Below the pieces are notes generated by a model that was not told the DNA's origin, did no database searches, and saw only the letters and a program-made list of their open reading frames with translations. Source: an uncultured Gammaproteobacteria bacterium (GTDB lineage: Bacteria > Patescibacteriota > Microgenomatia > UBA12405 > JAHJSD01). From it: 64,000 bases of DNA. Positions 29,986-40,577 of the stretch are shown one piece after another; the first letter of the stretch is position 1; every line of letters starts with the position of its first letter. Location: positions 218,258 to 282,257 of the forward strand of contig CAYRYE010000001.1 in NCBI GenBank assembly GCA_964428655.1, read 5' to 3'. The translations under genes and the position numbers were made by a program.

Positions 29986-31458
29986 ATGATTGGTCAAATT
30001 TCACATCGGATATTTGGTTTGTTTGGAAAACAAAAGAAAAAAATTCCCCCACCCCCAGTAGTTAAAAAAAAGATTAAACCAACTTATAGACCAGAGCCAA
30101 AGTGGGAAAGAAAACATACTCCTAAGAAATCCTTTGAAGAGAGGAAAAATATTGAGCTGTTGAACGAGTTGAAGCGTCGGGAGGTAGAACTGAATAAGAG
30201 AGTTCAATCGCTTGAAGAAAAAGAACGTTACCTTCGCAACAAGGAATTTCGTTTAGATGGGGTAGAGACTCAGACTCAACAAAAACAAAGTAGGATTGAG
30301 GAATTGGAAAAAGAAATAAAAGCGAAGCTGGAGAAGATTTCTGGTTTAAAAGCCAGTGAGGCAAAAGAGCAAGTTATTAAAAATACTGAGAAGAAATTAA
30401 TTGCTTGGACTTCTAAAAAAATTGAGGAGGCAAAAGAAGAGATTAAATCGCGAGAAGAAGAATCAGCTAAAGAGATTTTAATTGATTCTATTAGACATGG
30501 AGTTGTTGATTGGGTAGCGGAATATACTGTTTCTACCATTAGACTTCCTGATGATGAAATCAAGGGTAGAATAATCGGTCGGGAAGGAAGGAATATTAGG
30601 TCTTTTGAAAGGGCTACCGGGGTTGAATTAGAGTTGGATGAAACTAATGACATTAGGCTTTCCTCATTTGATCCAGTGCGCCGTGAGATTGCCAAGATAG
30701 TTCTGCAGAAATTAATTCGGGACGGAAGAATCCAACCTTCAAGAATAGAAGAAGTGGTGGCTCAGACAAAGAAGCAAATGGATAAGATACTTTTAGAAGA
30801 AGGGAAAAAGATTTGTCAGGCAGTAGGCGTTTATCACTTGCCAATTGATTTAATTAAGTTAATTGGCAGATTTAAGTATCGTTTTTCTTATGGTCAGAAT
30901 TTAGCTCAGCACACGATTGAAGAGACAAAGATTGGGATTGCTTTAGCTCAGCAGTTAAAAGTTGATGTTAAGACGGTTCGATTAGGCTGCCTACTGCACG
31001 ATATTGGCAAGGTAATTACTGATGAAGAAGGAAGCCATGTTCAATTAGGAGTGAGTTTACTCAAGCGTCATCAAATACCGGAGAAGGTAATTGCTTGTGT
31101 GGCTGAACACCATGAAGATAAACCCTTTTCTTGTTTAGAGTCCACTGTTGTTTGGATTGCAGATGCCGCTTCCGGCTCCAGGCCTGGAGCTCGCTATGAA
31201 CCTCATGAGGAATATTTAAAGAGAATGGAGGGCATTGAGGAAGTAGTCAACTCTTTTGAAGGAGTTGACAGTGTGGCCGCTTATCAAGCGGGTAGAGAAG
31301 TCAGGGTCATTGTTAAGCCGGAAAAAGTTTCTGATGAAGAATTAAATGTCTTAGTTCAGAAAATAGCTGAAAAACTGGATGAAGAAACCAAATGGGCGGG
31401 ACGGATAAAAATAACTGCTATCAGGGAGAAGAGGGCAACGGCAGTAGTTTCCCGCTAG
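29986..31458 (+). CDS. rny: Ribonuclease Y
   Basis: KGRIIGREGRNIR KH domain, LLHDIGK HD domain, SRPGAR, QAGREVRV. Confidence 0.95.
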   Translation: MIGQISHRIFGLFGKQKKKIPPPPVVKKKIKPTYRPEPKWERKHTPKKSFEERKNIELLNELKRREVELNKRVQSLEEKERYLRNKEFRLDGVETQTQQKQSRIEELEKEIKAKLEKISGLKASEAKEQVIKNTEKKLIAWTSKKIEEAKEEIKSREEESAKEILIDSIRHGVVDWVAEYTVSTIRLPDDEIKGRIIGREGRNIRSFERATGVELELDETNDIRLSSFDPVRREIAKIVLQKLIRDGRIQPSRIEEVVAQTKKQMDKILLEEGKKICQAVGVYHLPIDLIKLIGRFKYRFSYGQNLAQHTIEETKIGIALAQQLKVDVKTVRLGCLLHDIGKVITDEEGSHVQLGVSLLKRHQIPEKVIACVAEHHEDKPFSCLESTVVWIADAASGSRPGARYEPHEEYLKRMEGIEEVVNSFEGVDSVAAYQAGREVRVIVKPEKVSDEELNVLVQKIAEKLDEETKWAGRIKITAIREKRATAVVSR

Positions 31459-31474
31459 TCAGGGAATCTCGAGA

Positions 31475-31503
31475 TTGACAAGTTTGGAAAACACCGGTAA
31501 AAT
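31475..31503 (+). promoter_or_regulatory. Sigma70 promoter for HU
   Basis: TTGACA-17 nt-TAAAAT; SD GGAGGTG downstream. Confidence 0.75.
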
Positions 31504-31548
31504 GCAATTAATTAACATTTACATTTCTGGAAAGGAGGTGGGTAAGTA

Positions 31549-31821
31549 ATGACAAAAAGGGAGCTAATAGAGATCTTGGCAAAGAAAGCAAAACTTACTA
31601 AAAGAGCAGCGAGAGAAGTAGTTGAAACTTTTCTAGGTGAGATTACCAAAGCTCTTGCCAGAGGTGAAAAAGTTAAGCTTTCTGGATTCGGAGTTTTATT
31701 TACTAAGCTTTTTAAACCTAAAGAGGTGTCGCCGATCGGTGGAGGACCCAAAAAGAAAATTGCTGCTCGAAGAATGCCGCGGTTTACTCCAGGAACGGCT
31801 TTGAAAAGAGCAGTAAAATAG
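31549..31821 (+). CDS. hup: HU family DNA-binding protein
   Basis: MTKRELI, KVKLSGFG, PRFTPG-ALK-AVK. Confidence 0.93.
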   Translation: MTKRELIEILAKKAKLTKRAAREVVETFLGEITKALARGEKVKLSGFGVLFTKLFKPKEVSPIGGGPKKKIAARRMPRFTPGTALKRAVK

Positions 31822-31889
31822 TTTTCTTAACTTTTACTTAAAAGGTTGTTAATCAGAGAGATGGATTTCTCTGATATGCATTATTAATA

Positions 31890-32873
31890 ATGGATATTAT
31901 TACTGCTTCTCATTTAAAAAAATATTATCGCGTTCATCAAAAGGAGCCTGGGTTGCTGGGAACGTTAAAATCACTAGTTAAGAGAAAATATGAAGAGGTT
32001 AAGGCTGTTGATGATGTTACTTTCAGAATTGCGGAAGGCGAATTAGTTGGTTTTATCGGTCCCAATGGAGCTGGTAAAACAACCACACTGAAGTGTCTCT
32101 CCGGTTTGCTTTATCCTAATAGCGGCTTCATTTCCGTATTAGGTTTTACTCCTTGGGATAGAAGGTCTAATTTTTTAAAACAGATCGCTTTTGTCATGGG
32201 GCAGAAAAACCAACTCTGGTGGGATCTGCCGCCGATGGAAACTTTTTTACTTAACAAAGAGATCTATGAAATCTCCGATTCTAAGTTTAAAAAAACACTG
32301 GGTGAATTAGTAGAGCTTTTGGAGGTTAAAGATGTTTTGAAAATTCAAACCAGGAAATTGTCCCTGGGGCAGAGGATGAAGTGTGAGTTAATTGCCGCCT
32401 TGCTTCATCAGCCCAAGGTTTTGTTTTTAGATGAACCGACAATTGGTTTGGATGTAGTGATGCAAAAAAAGATTCGCGATTTTATTAAAGAATACAATAG
32501 AAAGTGTGAGTCAACTATTATTCTTACTTCCCATTACATGGGCGATATTCAAGAATTGGCTAAAAGAGTAATCATTATTGATAAAGGAAAAATAGTTTTT
32601 GATGGCCAATTAGAAGAGATTACCAAAAAATATGCTGACCACAAGCTTGTCTCAGTTATTTTTAGTAAAAAAGTTGAAAGAAAGGATCTTAAAAAGATTG
32701 GTAAAATTAAAGCGTTCAGTTTTCCCAAGGCGTCATTGATGATAAAAAAAGGAGCTGTTTCTTTAGCGGCTTCAGAATTATTAAAAAAATTCCCGATTGA
32801 AGATTTAAATATTGAGGAGCCGCCAATAGAGGATATTATCCGTGAGTTATTTACTGGCAAAGATTATGCATGA
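31890..32873 (+). CDS. ABC-2 type exporter ATP-binding protein
   Basis: GPNGAGKTT, LSLGQ, FLDEPTIGLD, TSH. Confidence 0.95.
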   Translation: MDIITASHLKKYYRVHQKEPGLLGTLKSLVKRKYEEVKAVDDVTFRIAEGELVGFIGPNGAGKTTTLKCLSGLLYPNSGFISVLGFTPWDRRSNFLKQIAFVMGQKNQLWWDLPPMETFLLNKEIYEISDSKFKKTLGELVELLEVKDVLKIQTRKLSLGQRMKCELIAALLHQPKVLFLDEPTIGLDVVMQKKIRDFIKEYNRKCESTIILTSHYMGDIQELAKRVIIIDKGKIVFDGQLEEITKKYADHKLVSVIFSKKVERKDLKKIGKIKAFSFPKASLMIKKGAVSLAASELLKKFPIEDLNIEEPPIEDIIRELFTGKDYA

Positions 32874-33652
32874 AAAAATATTTTGCTTTTACAAAATTAA
32901 GTTTTCAAAGAGAACTATTTTATCGGGCTGACTTCTTTTTTTATTTCCTTCGCCAATCCCTTGTGTTTTTAGTTCAGATTTTATTGTTCGGAGTAATTTT
33001 TCGTGAAGAGACAATGATTGTCGGTTATAACTATTCTCAGTTTGTTCAGTATTTCTTAATTATTTATCTGGTTAATCTTATGATTGTGACTGGAGTGGAT
33101 AGTTATTTAGGGGAGATGATCAAAAATGGGGATTTGTCAAAACATTTGATGCGCCCGATCTCTTTTTTTTGGGCGATTTTTTTTCACCAGTGGGGCAAAC
33201 AGATTCATCGGTTGATTTATGTCGGTTTGGTAATTGTCCTGTTTGTTTTTTTAGGATCGGTAAAAATTAGTTTGTGGAAAATTACTCTTTTTGTTTTAAT
33301 TTTGGCGAACGCTACAATTCTATCTTTTCTTTACCGTTTTTTACTGGGGATTTCAGCTTTTTGGCTGGTTAACATTAGTTCAGTTTTGTGGCTTTTCCGT
33401 CAGTCAGCAAGCTTTTTAGGTGGTGGCCACCTGCCACTATCTTTTTTCCCTGAATGGGTAGGTAGACTAATTCGATCTTTGCCTTTTTATTTAACTCTTG
33501 GCTTTCCGGCCGAGTTTTTTCAGGATAAAATTTCATTGAAATTGGTTTTTTGGAATATTCTTCAGCAGTTTGGCTGGGTTCTTCTTTTATTTTGGTTAGT
33601 GGCCATATTATGGAGCAAGGGAGTGAAAGAATATGAGGCAATTGGCAACTGA
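32870..33652 (+). CDS. ABC-2 family permease (DUF990-like), type A
   Basis: About 6 TM segments; YRADF, G-LS--LMRP, PL-FFP motifs. Confidence 0.85.
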   Translation: MKKYFAFTKLSFQRELFYRADFFFYFLRQSLVFLVQILLFGVIFREETMIVGYNYSQFVQYFLIIYLVNLMIVTGVDSYLGEMIKNGDLSKHLMRPISFFWAIFFHQWGKQIHRLIYVGLVIVLFVFLGSVKISLWKITLFVLILANATILSFLYRFLLGISAFWLVNISSVLWLFRQSASFLGGGHLPLSFFPEWVGRLIRSLPFYLTLGFPAEFFQDKISLKLVFWNILQQFGWVLLLFWLVAILWSKGVKEYEAIGN

Positions 33653-34454
33653 AAAACTAAAAGAGTGGTTGCACAGTTTTAGAGTTTATCTGGTTTGGTT
33701 GCAGATGAGGTGGCTGCGGCATTTGGAGTATCGCTTTAATGCAATTGCCAATTCTTTTGGTTCGCTTTTTTGGGTGGGAATAACATTGTTGACTTATAAT
33801 TTAATTTTTCAAAAAGTGGATTCTTTAGCGGGATGGAGTTGGAACGAGATGCTGGTTCTGTTTGGAGTTTACAATCTTTGGTGGGGTCTGATGGTGACCT
33901 TTTTTAACGGCGGCTTGCGGATTGGCGAACGGGTAAGAAGAGGAGGGATGGATAAAGTATTGCTTTGGCCGGGAAAAGCATTCTTTTATGTCTCAATGAA
34001 ATTTGAACCGGAATTGTTAGTTCACTTTTTAACCGGAGTGATAATATTTGTTATTTCTCTCAATCGAGTCCAAATTAATTTGTCACTTTTTAGTTTTATT
34101 TTGTTTTTTGTTCTTTTATTGAATAGTTTGGCTTTGATTTATTTTGTTTCTATTCTCTTTGGGTCAACAGCCTTTTGGTTTATTGAAAATAGGCAGTTAG
34201 CGGATTTTTTTTGGCTTTGGGAAACTTTGGCGAAATACCCGGGAGAATTCTTTTCCGGCAGCAAGGTGTTGCATTGGGCTGTTTTTACTATCTTGCCGGT
34301 GGTTTTCATTGCCGTGATTCCAACAGAAGTGGTTTTGGGCAAAATTAAATGGGGAACAATTGGAAGCGCGTTTTTAATTACTTTCATTTTTGCGATTTTG
34401 GCTAGGAAAGTTTGGAGAGTGGGTTTAAAAAGATATACTGGAGTATCAATTTAA
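33633..34454 (+). CDS. ABC-2 family permease (DUF990-like), type B
   Basis: YRFN, GWSWNE, G-MD-VLLWP, YP--FF motifs. Confidence 0.85.
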   Translation: MRQLATEKLKEWLHSFRVYLVWLQMRWLRHLEYRFNAIANSFGSLFWVGITLLTYNLIFQKVDSLAGWSWNEMLVLFGVYNLWWGLMVTFFNGGLRIGERVRRGGMDKVLLWPGKAFFYVSMKFEPELLVHFLTGVIIFVISLNRVQINLSLFSFILFFVLLLNSLALIYFVSILFGSTAFWFIENRQLADFFWLWETLAKYPGEFFSGSKVLHWAVFTILPVVFIAVIPTEVVLGKIKWGTIGSAFLITFIFAILARKVWRVGLKRYTGVSI

Positions 34455-35255
34455 ATGAAAAAGTACTGGCTTATTTTCAAACTAACTTTAATGGAGTATT
34501 TTGTCTATCGGCTTAATTTTCTTTTGTGGCGGTTTCGGAGCGTAGTTTCTTTTTTGACCTTAGTGTTTTTTTGGCAGGCAATTTATGGAATCCGGCAGGA
34601 AGTTTTTGGTTATCAAAAATCTCAAATGCTGACTTATATTATTGGGATTACTTTTCTCCGAGGGATTGTTTTTGGCAGCAGAACAGCGGATTTAGCCGGA
34701 ATGATTAAAAGTGGCGATGTGGTTAATAAATTTTTAACTCGACCATGGAATGTGATTAAGGCTTGGTTTTTCCGAGATTTAGCAGCCAAATTTTTAGATA
34801 CGCTTTTTGTTTTTCTAGAATTAAGTTTAATACTCCGGTTTATTAGTCTGCCTTTCTATTTGCCGAAAGATTGGCGGTTCTTATTACTTTTTGGAATAAG
34901 TTGTTTGTTGTCAATAGTTCTTTACTTTTTTATTAACTTTTTCTTTTCAATCATTGCCTTTTGGATTGATAATATTTGGGCGCCGCGTTGGCTTTTTGGA
35001 GTGATTTTTTTGGAATTTATGTCAGGAGCCTTCTTCCCTTTGGATGTTTTACCAAAAACATTATTTAATTTTATTAAATTAACCCCATTTCCTTACTTGA
35101 TTTACTTCCCGATTAAGATTTACTTGGGCCAAGTTGATGTTTTAGGAACAATTAAGATATTAGGACTGATGTTTTTTTGGTTGTGTTTAATTTTGCCTTT
35201 AACTAATTTAGTTTGGAAAAAAGGGTTAAAAGCTTATTCTGCTTATGGCGGTTAG
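34455..35255 (+). CDS. ABC-2 family permease (DUF990-like), type A
   Basis: YRLNF, I-SG----FLTRP, SGAFFPLD, TPFPY. Confidence 0.85.
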   Translation: MKKYWLIFKLTLMEYFVYRLNFLLWRFRSVVSFLTLVFFWQAIYGIRQEVFGYQKSQMLTYIIGITFLRGIVFGSRTADLAGMIKSGDVVNKFLTRPWNVIKAWFFRDLAAKFLDTLFVFLELSLILRFISLPFYLPKDWRFLLLFGISCLLSIVLYFFINFFFSIIAFWIDNIWAPRWLFGVIFLEFMSGAFFPLDVLPKTLFNFIKLTPFPYLIYFPIKIYLGQVDVLGTIKILGLMFFWLCLILPLTNLVWKKGLKAYSAYGG

Positions 35256-35258
35256 ACA

Positions 35259-36044
35259 ATGAAGAGAATAATTAAGATCTGGTTTTTAATGGCTAAAATG
35301 GTTGTTTTGCCTGATTTGGTTAATCCTGGAGCGTCAATATTATTTATTGTTGGCAAAGTGGTTAGATTTGGCTTCTTTTTTATTTTTTTATTCTCTGTTC
35401 TTTCCGGCGCCGGCAGTCTGGCCGGTTATTCGCGAGAGGAAGTGATTTTGTTTTTTTTGGTTTTCAACCTGATTGATATCACTGTTCAGTTTGTTTTTCG
35501 CGGCGTTTATCATTTTCGCCCGTTAGTGGTTTCCGGCAGCTATGATTTGGATTTGTTAAAGCCGTTGCCTTCTTTTTTACGGCCTCTTTTCGGTCATGTT
35601 GATATTCTCGATTTTGTTACTCTTGTGCCATTAGCAGGATTTACATTTTGGTTTACAGTTAAACATAATTTGGCAAGCGGGCCTGCTAATATGGGTGTCT
35701 TTATCGTTCTTTTTTTGGCGAGCTTGCTTTTAGGATTTGCTTTTCATCTTTTTGTTTGTTCAATTTGTATTTTAACTACCGAGATTGACCATTTAATTTG
35801 GATTTATCGAGATTTAACCGCTATGGCTAGATTTCCAACTGATATTTATCAAGGCTTGGTCAAATTTGTTTTAACTTTTGTTATTCCTGTTGTTTTATTG
35901 ATTACTTTTCCAGCTAAGGGGTTATTAGGATTGCTCTCTGCCAAAGCAATTTTGTCAGCTTTATTTATTGGTATTTTATTCGCCTATTTTTCCTTAAGGT
36001 TTTGGTATTTTAGTTTGCGCCGCTACACCAGCGCCAGCAGTTAA
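35259..36044 (+). CDS. ABC-2 family permease (DUF990-like), type B
   Basis: GYSREE, SG-YD--LLKP, RFPTDIY, RYTSASS. Confidence 0.85.
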   Translation: MKRIIKIWFLMAKMVVLPDLVNPGASILFIVGKVVRFGFFFIFLFSVLSGAGSLAGYSREEVILFFLVFNLIDITVQFVFRGVYHFRPLVVSGSYDLDLLKPLPSFLRPLFGHVDILDFVTLVPLAGFTFWFTVKHNLASGPANMGVFIVLFLASLLLGFAFHLFVCSICILTTEIDHLIWIYRDLTAMARFPTDIYQGLVKFVLTFVIPVVLLITFPAKGLLGLLSAKAILSALFIGILFAYFSLRFWYFSLRRYTSASS

Positions 36045-36067
36045 TTTGTTATACTTTTTTTAAATCA

Positions 36068-36652
36068 ATGAAGAAGGACAAGTTTTTTTTGTTTATCATT
36101 GTTTTCCTATTTTTCCTGGAGAATATTCTGTACTTTCATTATTTTTTCTTGAATCGGAAAAAAGGAGTGGTTCTTTCTTCATTAACTTATTCTGATAATT
36201 GTAGTTTGGATTGTCAGGAAATGATGGATGAAAAGATCAATAGAGCTTTGGCAAGAATTTCCGGGAGTTATTCTGGGGGGCCCAAATCAACTTCTATTAG
36301 TTATATTCCTTTGGGTGATGGCGGTTTAACTATTTCTCATGATTGGGTTCTTATTGAGGGTTCACAGTTTGTTTTTGATCTTAATGATTATCCTTCTGGA
36401 ACAAGGGTTTATTGGGAGGGAAATTTAAAAGCTCGGCACAGTAATAGCCGCTGTTATGCCAGAATTTATGATAAAGATAATTTTAGAGAAGTAGATTATT
36501 CCCGCCAGTCTACTGATAAAACCAGTTTTGAATCTTTGAAAAGTAATTCTTTAAGAATTTGGGCTGGAAACAATCACTATCAATTAGAAATTAAGTCATT
36601 AAATGGTATTCCTTGCTACTTAGAAACCCCAAGGCTTATTGTCAAGTATTGA
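36068..36652 (+). CDS. Hypothetical membrane-anchored protein
   Basis: N-terminal TM helix, CxxxC, beta-rich C-terminal domain. Confidence 0.75.
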   Translation: MKKDKFFLFIIVFLFFLENILYFHYFFLNRKKGVVLSSLTYSDNCSLDCQEMMDEKINRALARISGSYSGGPKSTSISYIPLGDGGLTISHDWVLIEGSQFVFDLNDYPSGTRVYWEGNLKARHSNSRCYARIYDKDNFREVDYSRQSTDKTSFESLKSNSLRIWAGNNHYQLEIKSLNGIPCYLETPRLIVKY

Positions 36653-36717
36653 TTATTGCTATAATAGAAAGATTAGAGAGATTTACTCTCCTGCTCCTTT
36701 TGTTTTTACTCTAAAAT

Positions 36718-37053
36718 ATGGAATCTGATGAGGTTAACCGAGTTTGTGCCGCCTGGTGGCAAGAAGAGTATGAAGCGACTAGGGAAGAGGTGCTTGCGGA
36801 AGACCCTGTCGCTAGAGAGTGCACTTATGTGACTTTCGTAAGTCGTTCTAATGGTCGTGGTCGATCGCGAAGGAGACCTAGGAGCGTTGAATTAATAGGT
36901 TATGGTGGACGCCATTATTCAATTAGAAAAGATGGGCCTCATAGCCCACTTGATGTGATTGCTGACGAAGTATTGGGCGAATCTGTTCCTTCTAATGAAA
37001 GGTATGATAAGTTTTTGCAACGTGTTCGAAAAGTGCCGAGGCGACGGCGTTAA
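36718..37053 (+). CDS. Hypothetical protein
   Basis: 111-aa ORF filling the gap before ruvC; no motif recognised. Confidence 0.55.
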   Translation: MESDEVNRVCAAWWQEEYEATREEVLAEDPVARECTYVTFVSRSNGRGRSRRRPRSVELIGYGGRHYSIRKDGPHSPLDVIADEVLGESVPSNERYDKFLQRVRKVPRRRR

Positions 37054-37086
37054 AGTGTCATAAGCTTCATGGGTTATAATGAATTA

Positions 37087-37566
37087 ATGATTATTTTAGG
37101 AATAGACCCTGGTTTGGCTTCTACCGGCTGGGCGATTTTGAAGAAAGGGAAAGAACCAAGACTACTTGGTTATGGCTGTATTAAAACCGGTAAAGAAGAA
37201 AATTTCAGTGAAAGACTTTGTTTTATTTTTCATGAGGTGAAGAAATTAATTTTAAAAGCAAAGCCCCAGGCAATGGCAATAGAAGAAATATTTTTTGCCA
37301 AGAATATAAAAACGGCCATTAAAATAGCCCAGGTAATGGGTGTAATTAAAGTGGCTTGCAAAGAATCCGGCATGCCTGTTTTTGAATATACGCCTTTGAA
37401 TGTAAAAATGACCATTACGGGCTACGGCAGAGCAGATAAAAATCAAGTTGAAATTATGGTTTCCAAAATACTTAACTTGAAAAAAAAAGTTAAACCAAGC
37501 CATGCCGCTGATGCAGTGGCAGTTTCATTGACTCATCTTTTTACAAATTCCCAACTAAAGGTATAA
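37087..37566 (+). CDS. ruvC: Holliday junction resolvase
   Basis: MIILGIDPG, EEIFF, GYGRADK, HAADA. Confidence 0.96.
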   Translation: MIILGIDPGLASTGWAILKKGKEPRLLGYGCIKTGKEENFSERLCFIFHEVKKLILKAKPQAMAIEEIFFAKNIKTAIKIAQVMGVIKVACKESGMPVFEYTPLNVKMTITGYGRADKNQVEIMVSKILNLKKKVKPSHAADAVAVSLTHLFTNSQLKV

Positions 37567-37575
37567 TTAAAAGTA

Positions 37576-38154
37576 ATGATTAGTAGTATAAGAGGAAGAA
37601 TTATTCACAAGGGGATTGATAGAATAGAGATTGATACCAATGGCATTGGTTGGGAAGTTTTTCTTTCTAAAAACGGGCTTTCAAAAGTGGTAATGGATGA
37701 AGAAATAGAAATTTTTACTTTTCATCATCTTGCTGAAGGATGCGATCTTCTCTATGGCTTTCTCTCCAGGAGAGATAAGCGCGTTTTTGAAATGCTGCTT
37801 TCTGTTTCAGGCATCGGGCCCAAAATATCAATGGAAATTTTTTCTGTTGGCAATGGAGATAGAATTTTGCGGGCTGTTTCAGAAGCTGATGTGGAATTTT
37901 TTCAGCAGGTAAAAGGTCTTGGGCGCAAAGGCGCTCAGCGAATTATTGTTGATTTAAAATCAAAGGTCGGCAATATTAAAGAACTTGATTTAAAAGCTGA
38001 AGAGGGGGGTAATGAGATTATTTATCAAGCCCTCCAGGGTTTGGGCTTTACCAGGAAAGAAATTTCCCGATCATTGAGAGAACTCCCTGAAAATTTGCAA
38101 TCTGAAGACGAAATAATTAAATATGCTTTAAAGCAATTGGGAAAAAGTGGATAA
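37576..38154 (+). CDS. ruvA: Holliday junction branch migration protein RuvA
   Basis: LYGF, VSGIGPK and VKGLGRKGA HhH motifs, ALQGLGF. Confidence 0.96.
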   Translation: MISSIRGRIIHKGIDRIEIDTNGIGWEVFLSKNGLSKVVMDEEIEIFTFHHLAEGCDLLYGFLSRRDKRVFEMLLSVSGIGPKISMEIFSVGNGDRILRAVSEADVEFFQQVKGLGRKGAQRIIVDLKSKVGNIKELDLKAEEGGNEIIYQALQGLGFTRKEISRSLRELPENLQSEDEIIKYALKQLGKSG

Positions 38155-39136
38155 CGAAAATATTGAAAAAACTCTTCGTCCCCAAAAATTGGCTGATTTT
38201 GTTGGCCAGGAGGATTTGAAGAAACAACTAAAAATTATTCTTGGCGCAGCTCGGAAAAGGGGAGAATCCCTGGACCACTTGCTATTTTATGGTCCTCCGG
38301 GATTGGGAAAAACAACTCTATCTAATCTTATTGCCAAGGAAATGGGAGTGAATATTAGAGTAACTTCGGGTCCGGCGATTCAGCGAGCCGGCGACTTGGC
38401 TTCAATTTTAACCTCGTTGGAAAAAGGAGACATATTTTTTATTGATGAGGTTCACCGTTTAAATAAAGCAGTAGAAGAAACGCTCTATCCGGCCATGGAA
38501 GATTTTCGTCTTGATGTTGTTTTGGGTAGAGGTCCGGCCGCCAGGACTTTAAGATTGGAGCTAAACAGGTTTACGATTATTGCAGCCACTACCAGGATTG
38601 GCCTTCTTTCTTCGCCAATGAGGGATCGTTTTGGTTTTGTTCATCGCCTTAGTTTTTATGACAGAGAAGAGTTGAAAAAGATAATTATTCGTTCGGCCAA
38701 GGTTTTGAAAATTGGCATTAAAGATGAAGCCGCCTTGGAAATTTCAAGGCGATCTCGGGGTACTCCAAGAATAGCCAATAGGCTATTGAGAAGAGTTCGG
38801 GATTTTGCTGAAATCGAAGCAGACGGGGTGATAACTTTAGAGGTGGCCAAAAGCGCTTTGAAAATACTGGCAGTTGACAATAAAGGCTTAACCGAGGCCG
38901 ATCGACAGTTATTAAGAGCTTTAGCAGAAAAGCATTCTGGTGGACCGGTAGGCATTGAAACTCTGGCCGCCATTATTAATGAGGATGTTGGCACAGTGGA
39001 GGCAGTTTACGAACCCTTTTTGCTCCAAGTTGGCTTTTTGAAAAGAACTCCTCGGGGAAGAGTGCTTACTCCCGAAGCATTTAAGTTTCTAAATATTCCC
39101 CTCCCAGAACAGCTAAAACAAAAAGAGTTATTTTGA
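38147..39136 (+). CDS. ruvB: Holliday junction helicase RuvB
   Basis: [34 protein letters not shown]; GTG start. Confidence 0.98.
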   Translation: MDNENIEKTLRPQKLADFVGQEDLKKQLKIILGAARKRGESLDHLLFYGPPGLGKTTLSNLIAKEMGVNIRVTSGPAIQRAGDLASILTSLEKGDIFFIDEVHRLNKAVEETLYPAMEDFRLDVVLGRGPAARTLRLELNRFTIIAATTRIGLLSSPMRDRFGFVHRLSFYDREELKKIIIRSAKVLKIGIKDEAALEISRRSRGTPRIANRLLRRVRDFAEIEADGVITLEVAKSALKILAVDNKGLTEADRQLLRALAEKHSGGPVGIETLAAIINEDVGTVEAVYEPFLLQVGFLKRTPRGRVLTPEAFKFLNIPLPEQLKQKELF

Positions 39137-39224
39137 TTGGCAACACCGGGAAACTTTACTTATTTCACCTAATACTTCATTCAATCTCCTAGCTTTATAA
39201 GATGAGTTTGAATATAATTTAAAT

Positions 39225-39659
39225 ATGGGGAGAATACCATTTAAAGAATTTAAATATATTTTTAGCAAAGTTCCGAGAACAACAGCGGAAGTGGTCTTGG
39301 TAAAGAATGGTGGAATAGCGCTTACATTACGGAATATCAATCCCTACAAGGGTCTTTGGCACACTCCAGGTGGAACTTTGTTTTATAAAGAAAAAGTTGA
39401 GGATGCTGTTAAAAGGATTGCGAAGGATGAATTGGGAGTTGAAGTAGCAATAGACAAGTTTCTTGGTTATTGGGAAGTACCTGAGTGGGCCCAACCTAAT
39501 GGTTTTGGCCACGCGGTTAGTTTAGCTCATCAAGTGCGATTGGTTTCTGGTGATCTTAATGTTAATAAACAGGCTTCAGAAGTGAGAGTTTTTCAAAAAC
39601 TACCCACAAATATGATCAAAGAACAAAAAGAATTTTTGGAAAAGAAATATGGGCTATGA
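39225..39659 (+). CDS. NUDIX hydrolase (GDP-mannose hydrolase-like)
   Basis: WHTPGGT...E....AVKRIAKDELGV variant Nudix box. Confidence 0.85.
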   Translation: MGRIPFKEFKYIFSKVPRTTAEVVLVKNGGIALTLRNINPYKGLWHTPGGTLFYKEKVEDAVKRIAKDELGVEVAIDKFLGYWEVPEWAQPNGFGHAVSLAHQVRLVSGDLNVNKQASEVRVFQKLPTNMIKEQKEFLEKKYGL

Positions 39660-39722
39660 AGAGAGTGTTGACAATGGCCAAAAGAGTGTTTTGGAATTAA
39701 GGGGTGGTCTGCCCATGAAACT

Positions 39723-40436
39723 ATGGGTGCTTGTATGGGAGAACGATTAAGGAAACCTGAAATATTAAATTCTCTGGTTCAGCAGAGCTATTCTTTTGAA
39801 TTGTTGTCTCAAATAGATTTATCTCATATCCTTGGCCATTTAATTTCAAGTGGGAGATTAACAGAATTAGGCAGAGAATTTTATATTGATATAAAAGAAC
39901 TTCAAGAATTTCCATTATTAAGGGATTCTCCTCGTGTTGTATTTGCACGCTCTTTAGCGGAAGCAAGAGCAGCAACAAATCAGCTTTTAATAGAAGCTTC
40001 TGGTTTCGTTGGTTATATTACTGGTGGTCTTGAAGGTGGTTTTCTTCAAATTATGTTAAACGGTTTAGTAGCTGGTGGGGAAATAGACACCTTCATCATT
40101 GGCCTCGAAGAAGAAAAATATGTTGCTTCTAAAGGAAGAGGGCCACTTTTTTCTACGCAAGAAAAAGCTTCTTTGTGGATGCAACTGGCTCCAGATAATA
40201 GTGTATTATTTATAATTCCTCCAAGACCAGAGTCAATGTCGCCCGATGATTATTACGATTGGATTTCGGAGTATTTAGGTGTTTTCAAAAATGGTCAAGT
40301 AATTTACTTTGAGTCAAGAGATGACCCCTTCGAAATTATTGCTGCCCACCTTCGAAGAGCCGCCTCGCCAAATCACATTTTATCTGTTTCTTTGGGCGAG
40401 CCTCCTCTTCATGCGTCTGAATTACTAGCCAAATAA
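39723..40436 (+). CDS. Hypothetical protein, possibly a degenerate cytidylyltransferase-like fold
   Basis: IIGLEEEKYVASKGRGPLFSTQEKASLW resembles the RfaE-II/TagD segment; no HxGH motif. Confidence 0.55.
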   Translation: MGACMGERLRKPEILNSLVQQSYSFELLSQIDLSHILGHLISSGRLTELGREFYIDIKELQEFPLLRDSPRVVFARSLAEARAATNQLLIEASGFVGYITGGLEGGFLQIMLNGLVAGGEIDTFIIGLEEEKYVASKGRGPLFSTQEKASLWMQLAPDNSVLFIIPPRPESMSPDDYYDWISEYLGVFKNGQVIYFESRDDPFEIIAAHLRRAASPNHILSVSLGEPPLHASELLAK

Positions 40437-40577
40437 GCTGTTTCGAATAATACTTACGATGGGGAACCGAATAGACCAAAGGGGTTCGAACATAGTCCAG
40501 CCCGGGGAGTATATATACCACTTTGGTATATTAACTGTGTTCCTTGAGGGTTGGTATTTTTGGTAAAATCAATACAC

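Noticed and set aside
39202-39219. ATGAGTTTGAATATA (MSLNI) as another ychF stub
   Set aside because: Too short, overlaps the NUDIX -10 box and lies on the far side of an oppositely oriented gene
39693-39706. GGAATTAAGGGGTG resembling GGAATTAAAGGGGTG at 24641
   Set aside because: Short gapped match without the surrounding palindrome; could be chance
40437-40510. GGTTCGAA-containing stretch as a tRNA
   Set aside because: No acceptor stem or cloverleaf can be built
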